Shown here: piece by piece, positions 59,072-64,000 of the stretch
Position numbering within the stretch: position 1 is the first letter of the stretch
How the letters are laid out: each line of letters opens with the position of its first letter
Assembly (NCBI GenBank): GCA_963806185.1
Contig: CAWDXE010000007.1
Location: forward strand, 928,001-992,000
DNA from: an uncultured candidate division Zixibacteria bacterium
GTDB lineage: Bacteria > Zixibacteria > MSB-5A5 > GN15 > FEB-12
Length of the DNA: 64,000 nt
Reading direction: 5' to 3'
The notes under the pieces: model-generated
Told to the model about the DNA's origin: nothing
The model's input: only the letters and a program-made list of their open reading frames with translations
The model's database searches: none
Translations under genes and position numbers: made by a program

Positions 59072-61243
59072 TTACTTGATTGCAGTTACTTTGCTGATCA
59101 GCCAATTGTCACCGCTTCGCACGAGAACGAACTGAAATTTGACCGGCGAAGAGCGTGAACCTTTGGTTTTCGGTCTGGCCGTACCGGCCAACTGAGCTGT
59201 GGCTTCGGCTCCCGAGATTTCGATGTCTGAGACTTTTCCCGACAATTCCATCCCGCCCGTAGTTGCAAACGAGTTGTTGTACGCGTCCCGGTCTTTGGAT
59301 GAGATCGATGGCCAGACCGCCTTCAGCTGGTCGACGCTGGCATTTTGCAGGGCCTGTTGGAAGCGGGAGATGGTCTGCTTGATGACCTTTTCGTTATCGA
59401 TTGAAGAGATGGCGACGTTGGACGGAGGGGCGGCCGGTGGCTGAAAGACGAAGATAAGGACGCACTCTTTGCCGCCGATCACTTTGACAGTGGAGTCCTG
59501 CTTCTGCTTGCCGTCGAGGCTGGTAACGGCAATCTGGTATGTCCCGGGCTCGACGGTGGCTGAATATGGTGTTTTTCCCTCGGCGGAAGTTGGTCCGGTA
59601 ATCTGGACGTGGGCTCCGCTTGGACCGCTGGTGATCTTCAGCAATCCGCCGGCGACGGCAGGAACCATGAAGGAACGGCTGGTGGTGCGACCCTTCACGA
59701 CAGTAAGCGATTCATTGAGCCACTGGCGCTGGTCGGGGCCATGCTGAATCCGGATTGCATAGGTCCCTACCGGGAGTGACTCCTGCCAGGTGGTACCGTT
59801 ATCGCGGCGGAGCTGATTATTGATGTAGATGTCACTCGGTTGATCAACAGTGAGGCTAAGCAGACCCTGTTCGACTACCGGCGAAGCTGATATTGCCGTA
59901 TCGGGCGATTCGAGGACGATCGAACGAGTCTCGGAATACGGCCCCGGCTGATTGTCGGCATTCATCCCTACGACGCGCCAATAATATGTAGCTCCGGATT
60001 TGAGGTCAGAGATAGTGAGACGCCCCTGGCGAAGGCCAGAATATTTCTTGGAGTCTACAAACGCACTTGATGAACTGATCTCGAGCGAATAGGTGCCCTG
60101 GTCGCCGATATCGCCGCGCCACGCAAACTCCACCGGCGCGGCCGAGCGGAAACGGCTCCCGTCTGAAGGTGAGACAAGCACGGGGGTCGAGGGAGGCGCC
60201 GCGGATTCAGGCGTTGCTTTCTGAACCGTTGTGGCGGTGGTTTCGGTGGGTGGCACAGTCTGCTGAGACGAGCCTGGTCCCTGCGGTGATTGTGCGGCGG
60301 AGGTTGGCTTGTGACCAAGGACCAGTGGATACAGGAGGTATCCGGCGACAGCCACGACAATCACCCCTGCCACGGCGATGCCGATTTTCGAATACCCTCC
60401 GCCGAGATATACGGAATCAACCTCTTTCAGAGCGGCGGCCAGTTCGTCGACCGACGGATATCTCTTCTTCGGATCGGGATGAGTCGCTCGCTTGAGGACG
60501 TTGCGCAAGCCGGGAGCGAGTTTTTTGCCGGCGCTGTCCTTCCATTCATCCACCAACGGGGCGGCAGGATTGCGATACGGGAAGCTGTTGGTGGCGAGGT
60601 TGAAGAGCGTGATGCCGAGTTCGTAGACGTCACTCAGATACGGGTTGTAATCCAGTCGCCCACCCTGCCGTTCGGGCGCGGCAAAATTCACTGACAGCGC
60701 CGCATAGCCAGTGCGTGTGCGCGAGGCGTCGGTTCCCTCTTTGGCGATGCCGAAGTCGATCAGATAGACGTGACCGTTCTTATCAATCAGGATATTGCCG
60801 GGTTTGAGATCGCGGTGGGCCACGCCTTGTTTGTGGGCATAGGCGACGGCATCGGCAACGTGACGCGCGACTTTCAGGAGGAGTTCGGATTCGAGCGGTC
60901 CCTTGTCATGCAGGATTTGGTCGGCGTTCCGGCCGTCGATGTACTGCATCACCAGGGCGTTTTCATCCGGAAAATAGTCCATCACCCGGGAGATGTTGGG
61001 GTGATCGAGGCGACAGAGAATCTGGGCTTCGCGATCGAAGCGTTCGCGGAAGGCCACTTCCTTGAAGAACTTAAGGACGAGCCTCTGCTGGGGGAGGTTG
61101 CTGTTGAAGCCTTCGTAGACCTCACCGAAACCACCGCCGCCGATATACGAGCGGACCTTGTATTTCCCGCCGATAGTCCAGCCGACTACACCAAGCGGAT
61201 CAGGGCCGTGTTGTTCGAGATCGTCGCCGAAAGTGCTAATCAT
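59072..61243 (-). CDS. Membrane Ser/Thr kinase with FN3-like, PEGA x2 and NTF2-like extracytoplasmic domains
   Basis: IGGGGFGEVY, HRDLKPGN, DFG, APE; TM IAVAGVIVVAVAGYLLY; YYWRV; ITSGPSGAHV...GKTP; ...GDNWLI. Confidence 0.9.
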   Translation of the reverse strand: MISTFGDDLEQHGPDPLGVVGWTIGGKYKVRSYIGGGGFGEVYEGFNSNLPQQRLVLKFFKEVAFRERFDREAQILCRLDHPNISRVMDYFPDENALVMQYIDGRNADQILHDKGPLESELLLKVARHVADAVAYAHKQGVAHRDLKPGNILIDKNGHVYLIDFGIAKEGTDASRTRTGYAALSVNFAAPERQGGRLDYNPYLSDVYELGITLFNLATNSFPYRNPAAPLVDEWKDSAGKKLAPGLRNVLKRATHPDPKKRYPSVDELAAALKEVDSVYLGGGYSKIGIAVAGVIVVAVAGYLLYPLVLGHKPTSAAQSPQGPGSSQQTVPPTETTATTVQKATPESAAPPSTPVLVSPSDGSRFRSAAPVEFAWRGDIGDQGTYSLEISSSSAFVDSKKYSGLRQGRLTISDLKSGATYYWRVVGMNADNQPGPYSETRSIVLESPDTAISASPVVEQGLLSLTVDQPSDIYINNQLRRDNGTTWQESLPVGTYAIRIQHGPDQRQWLNESLTVVKGRTTSRSFMVPAVAGGLLKITSGPSGAHVQITGPTSAEGKTPYSATVEPGTYQIAVTSLDGKQKQDSTVKVIGGKECVLIFVFQPPAAPPSNVAISSIDNEKVIKQTISRFQQALQNASVDQLKAVWPSISSKDRDAYNNSFATTGGMELSGKVSDIEISGAEATAQLAGTARPKTKGSRSSPVKFQFVLVRSGDNWLISKVTAIK

Positions 61244-61340
61244 GGTAACCCGGTGAATACATACGGGGCGACCCGACCGGGGCAGCGGGCACCGGCAGTC
61301 GCCGCATTTAATCGATTATATTGATCCAATTTATCGATCC

Positions 61341-61369
61341 AGTATAGAGGCTGCCTTACGGCTTGTCAA
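61341..61369 (-). promoter_or_regulatory. Near-consensus sigma70 promoter for the kinase-barrel operon
   Basis: TTGACA-N17-TATACT. Confidence 0.7.
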
Positions 61370-61389
61370 TGAACAGTTTCCGACAGTCC

Positions 61390-61419
61390 TTGACAAGTCC
61401 GACCGCAAGAGTCTACCTT
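61390..61419 (+). promoter_or_regulatory. Divergent promoter, probably giving a leaderless transcript
   Basis: TTGACA-N18-TACCTT, with ATG 5 nt downstream and no SD sequence. Confidence 0.55.
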
Positions 61420-61424
61420 GTCTC

Positions 61425-61877
61425 ATGCCCTGCTCCGATATAACCGAAGTTCTGCAGATAGAGATCGACGCTGAGGATCGGCTGGTGACCTATTCGCTCC
61501 TGAAACAGACGTGCGGGGGGTCGCTGGGAAAAGAGTCCCTGCTGTTGAAGTGGGCCGGAAACCGATCGGTAGCGGAGATTCTCGAGACCGACTTTGATCG
61601 GTTCCGGGCGCTGTTTCCGACTGATGATCCGGTGGTGGAGTTTGTGCGCCTGAAGCACTTCGTCGCCCTGCAGAAAGGGCTCGCGGCGTTACTCGGCACC
61701 CAGTCGGCTCAGCCGACCGACGCTTGCGCGGTCGACACGATCACCTATCTCCCTGACGGCGGGGTGCGCATGCTGGCGGAACTCAAAGTTGATGTATTGA
61801 CTGACGAAATAAAAGCCTGTGGCGGCTGCGGAAGCTGCGCCACAGGCTCAATCCCTACCAAACGACAGTGCCGGTAA
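61425..61877 (+). CDS. Small Cys-rich hypothetical protein, possibly metal or Fe-S binding
   Basis: MPC..., TCGG, CAVD, CGGCGSC; fills the gap between two minus-strand genes. Confidence 0.7.
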   Translation: MPCSDITEVLQIEIDAEDRLVTYSLLKQTCGGSLGKESLLLKWAGNRSVAEILETDFDRFRALFPTDDPVVEFVRLKHFVALQKGLAALLGTQSAQPTDACAVDTITYLPDGGVRMLAELKVDVLTDEIKACGGCGSCATGSIPTKRQCR

Positions 61878-61913
61878 TTCAGGCGGCTTCTGTCGTATCT
61901 TCCTTCTCCCTCA

Positions 61914-64000
61914 TCATTGCGGACAGGCCGGCGGCGGCGCGAAGGTCACGAAGAGGGTCGAGATCATTTGCGTCAGGTCGCCAATATCAATACCGGGCGT
62001 GCCGCTGAACTCCGCCTCATTGGCACAACAGAGCGGCGTGAAGGTGATGAACAGGTTGTTGATCAGCGCCGTCAAATCGCCGATGTCAACTGTCCCCTGT
62101 GCGTCGCAATCCACGTTGCCAACGGTCCCGACGCAGCAGCAGGCGTCGCCGATGCCATCTTGATTGGCGTCTTCCTGCAAAGGATTGAAGAAGATCGGGC
62201 AATTGTCCAGGAGGCCGCAGATGCCGTCGTTGTCAGCGTCATTGGTCGGATCCTGCGGGCAGGCGTCGCAGACGTCACCGATGCCGTCACTGTCGGCATC
62301 CGCCTGACCCGGATTGAACACCGCGGGACAGTTGTCAGTGGGACAGGTGTTTTCCGGATGGCCGGGATCGCCGAAACCGTCAATGTCGGTGTCGACGCAG
62401 GCAAATTGGCCGGCGACAACGGTCATGTCCGGCTGTGAGAAGCGGCTCCACTGCCCCTGCGCATCCTGACCACGGACGCGATAGTAGAACGTCCCGTTGA
62501 TATGATTCGTGAAGCTATAGGTAGTGTCGGTGAGCGTGGAAGAGACCACCGTCTTGAGACCGAACTTCTGGACCGGTGAGATGTCGTCGAAATAAACCCC
62601 CTCTTCGTAGAGAGCCTGGTCAGTGTACATCGACAGTCGGACGTACACGTCCTGTCCGACATAGGCGCCGAGGGAGAACTTGGCCAGCACACCCGATGAA
62701 CTTCCGGTGAAACCGAAGCCGCGATTGTTGCCGTTCGGATTGGACAGGCTGGAGATATTTCCCCTTATGGGCGTGAACGTCACACCGTCAGTTGAAATCT
62801 CGACATACGCGTAGTCCCAGTCGGACTCGAGGCCATATGCTGTCCAGAGTCTGAGTGAGTCGCCCGAAACGACGTGATATGGAAAATCGGAATCAATAAA
62901 GCGGGTCAGATTGTTGCCGGTGCCGGTAAAGAAGCTGTTGGGGAGGGATTGACGACGAACGGTTGACAGCGTCATGCCGGTTGAGGTCCAGTTGTTGAAG
63001 TTGTTGGCAGAGTCTGCACCCAACGAGCGGCTGCCGTATTCCGTCAATTCATACGCGATGGCCGGGTTGAGCGTGTCGTGCAACGACCAGGCCACCGGGA
63101 AGCTCGCACCATCGACGGAATCAGCGACGGCTACGGTCGGTTGTGCGGGTGCGCGCAGCTCATACGGGTTGCCGGCGACTCTGGTCAGAAATAAGGCAGG
63201 GCTGAAGATTTTCGGAAACGAGTTGCGCTTTGCGCGAGAGTGCGGGCCAGAAACCATCGCCGTCACTTCCAACCTCAATCGTCATGGCAAAGACCTTGTT
63301 CTTGGTTGTCTGTTCGCCGTACTCCCAGTCATCGCTGTCGCCATTGGTGACGTACAGTCCCCAGCCGGGAATAGGCGTATAGCCGTTAAACGCGGCGCAG
63401 GAATCGGCCATTTGCGAGAAGATGTCATTGTCGGGCGTCAGAAGCTGATCGTACCCCCAGGGATACAGGACAAGGTTGGAGTAGGAGTGGAAATTCATCG
63501 CGACACTAAAATTGTGTGCGGTCATGAAATCGCGAACGTGTTGTGTCTCCGGTTCGGAGAAAGCCGCCGTTCCCCGATATGTTTCGTTCGCGGGTGTCGG
63601 TGAGGAGCCGGCGTTGTCCCAGCCCCAGTGGTATCCGAAATTGCGATTGAGATCGACGCCATAGCTGAGATCAGCGTTTTCGCGGCGATTCTTTCGCCAC
63701 ATGCCAAGGCCGGTTGGCGCAATGACTTGGTTATAGTAGTAGCCGTCGGGATTGACATTGAGGAGAAACCAGATTTCGCGGCTATTGACCAGATTGGTGA
63801 TATCAGCGTCCACACCGTAGTTGGTCAACAGGTGATCCATGAAGTAAAAGAGCACTTCGGGGGTGATCACTTCCCGGGCATGAATGGCAGCCGTAAAGAA
63901 TATCTCCGGTTCGTCCTCATCGACATTCGGATTGTCGGACAATTTGACCACCCACATCGGCCGCCCCTCGATCGTGTTGCCAATCGATTGCTTGGCGGAG
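61914..64000 (-). CDS. M14 zinc carboxypeptidase with beta-sandwich, TSP3 repeats and dockerin (5' end outside the window; apparent +1 frameshift near 63192)
   Basis: IHARE, NPDG, WRKNR, GVDLNRN, FSEPET, FHSYS, TIEVG; LESDWDYAYVEIS; DNCP..FNP.Q.D.D repeats; GNVDCD..GTVDIGDLT. Confidence 0.88.

Noticed and set aside
62130..62400. Short repeats resembling a CRISPR or tandem array
   Set aside because: They are coding TSP3-type Asp/Cys calcium-binding repeats within the peptidase gene. No CRISPR array, cas gene, tRNA, rRNA or IS element was recognised anywhere in the window.

Overview
Bacterial genomic window of about 58-60% GC with most genes on the minus strand. Dockerin, cohesin and FlgD/T9SS-like C-terminal domains and a Bacteroidota-type T6SS tail suggest an FCB-group organism, possibly Zixiibacteriota-like (inference). 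1-8.3 kb holds housekeeping genes: LptD/OstA, AlaX editing protein, M1 peptidase, FAH, HDAC-family and MATE. 8.4-24.5 kb is an aromatic amino-acid supercluster (dapF-like, trpEGD, MFS, trpCFBA, argS, aroF, aroA, aroE, aroK, aroB, aroQ) headed by an unannotated Trp-rich leader ORF with terminator/antiterminator, i.e. a candidate attenuator. 25.9-31.8 kb is a Ser/Thr kinase, CsgG/TPR, beta-barrel and cohesin-lipoprotein operon. 34.2-57.6 kb is the main discovery: a type VI secretion locus with Bacteroidota-like (T6SS-iii) TssB/C/D/E/F/G/K/VgrG. It has no recognisable TssJLM or TssNOPQR membrane complex. Instead it carries a C-terminally anchored membrane protein, a membrane-anchored TRAFAC-type GTPase and a secreted TrbI/VirB10-like protein. 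It also has an apparently naturally split ClpV, a PASTA-TssG fusion, and a PAAR/adaptor/effector-immunity operon with a palindromic operator in its promoter. 57.7-64 kb holds a second kinase plus beta-barrel pair, a small Cys-rich protein and a partial M14 peptidase-dockerin. Six single-base insertion frameshifts (argS x3, tssK, clpV N-terminus, M14) look like sequencing errors. All family calls are from motif recognition by eye; no database search was run.
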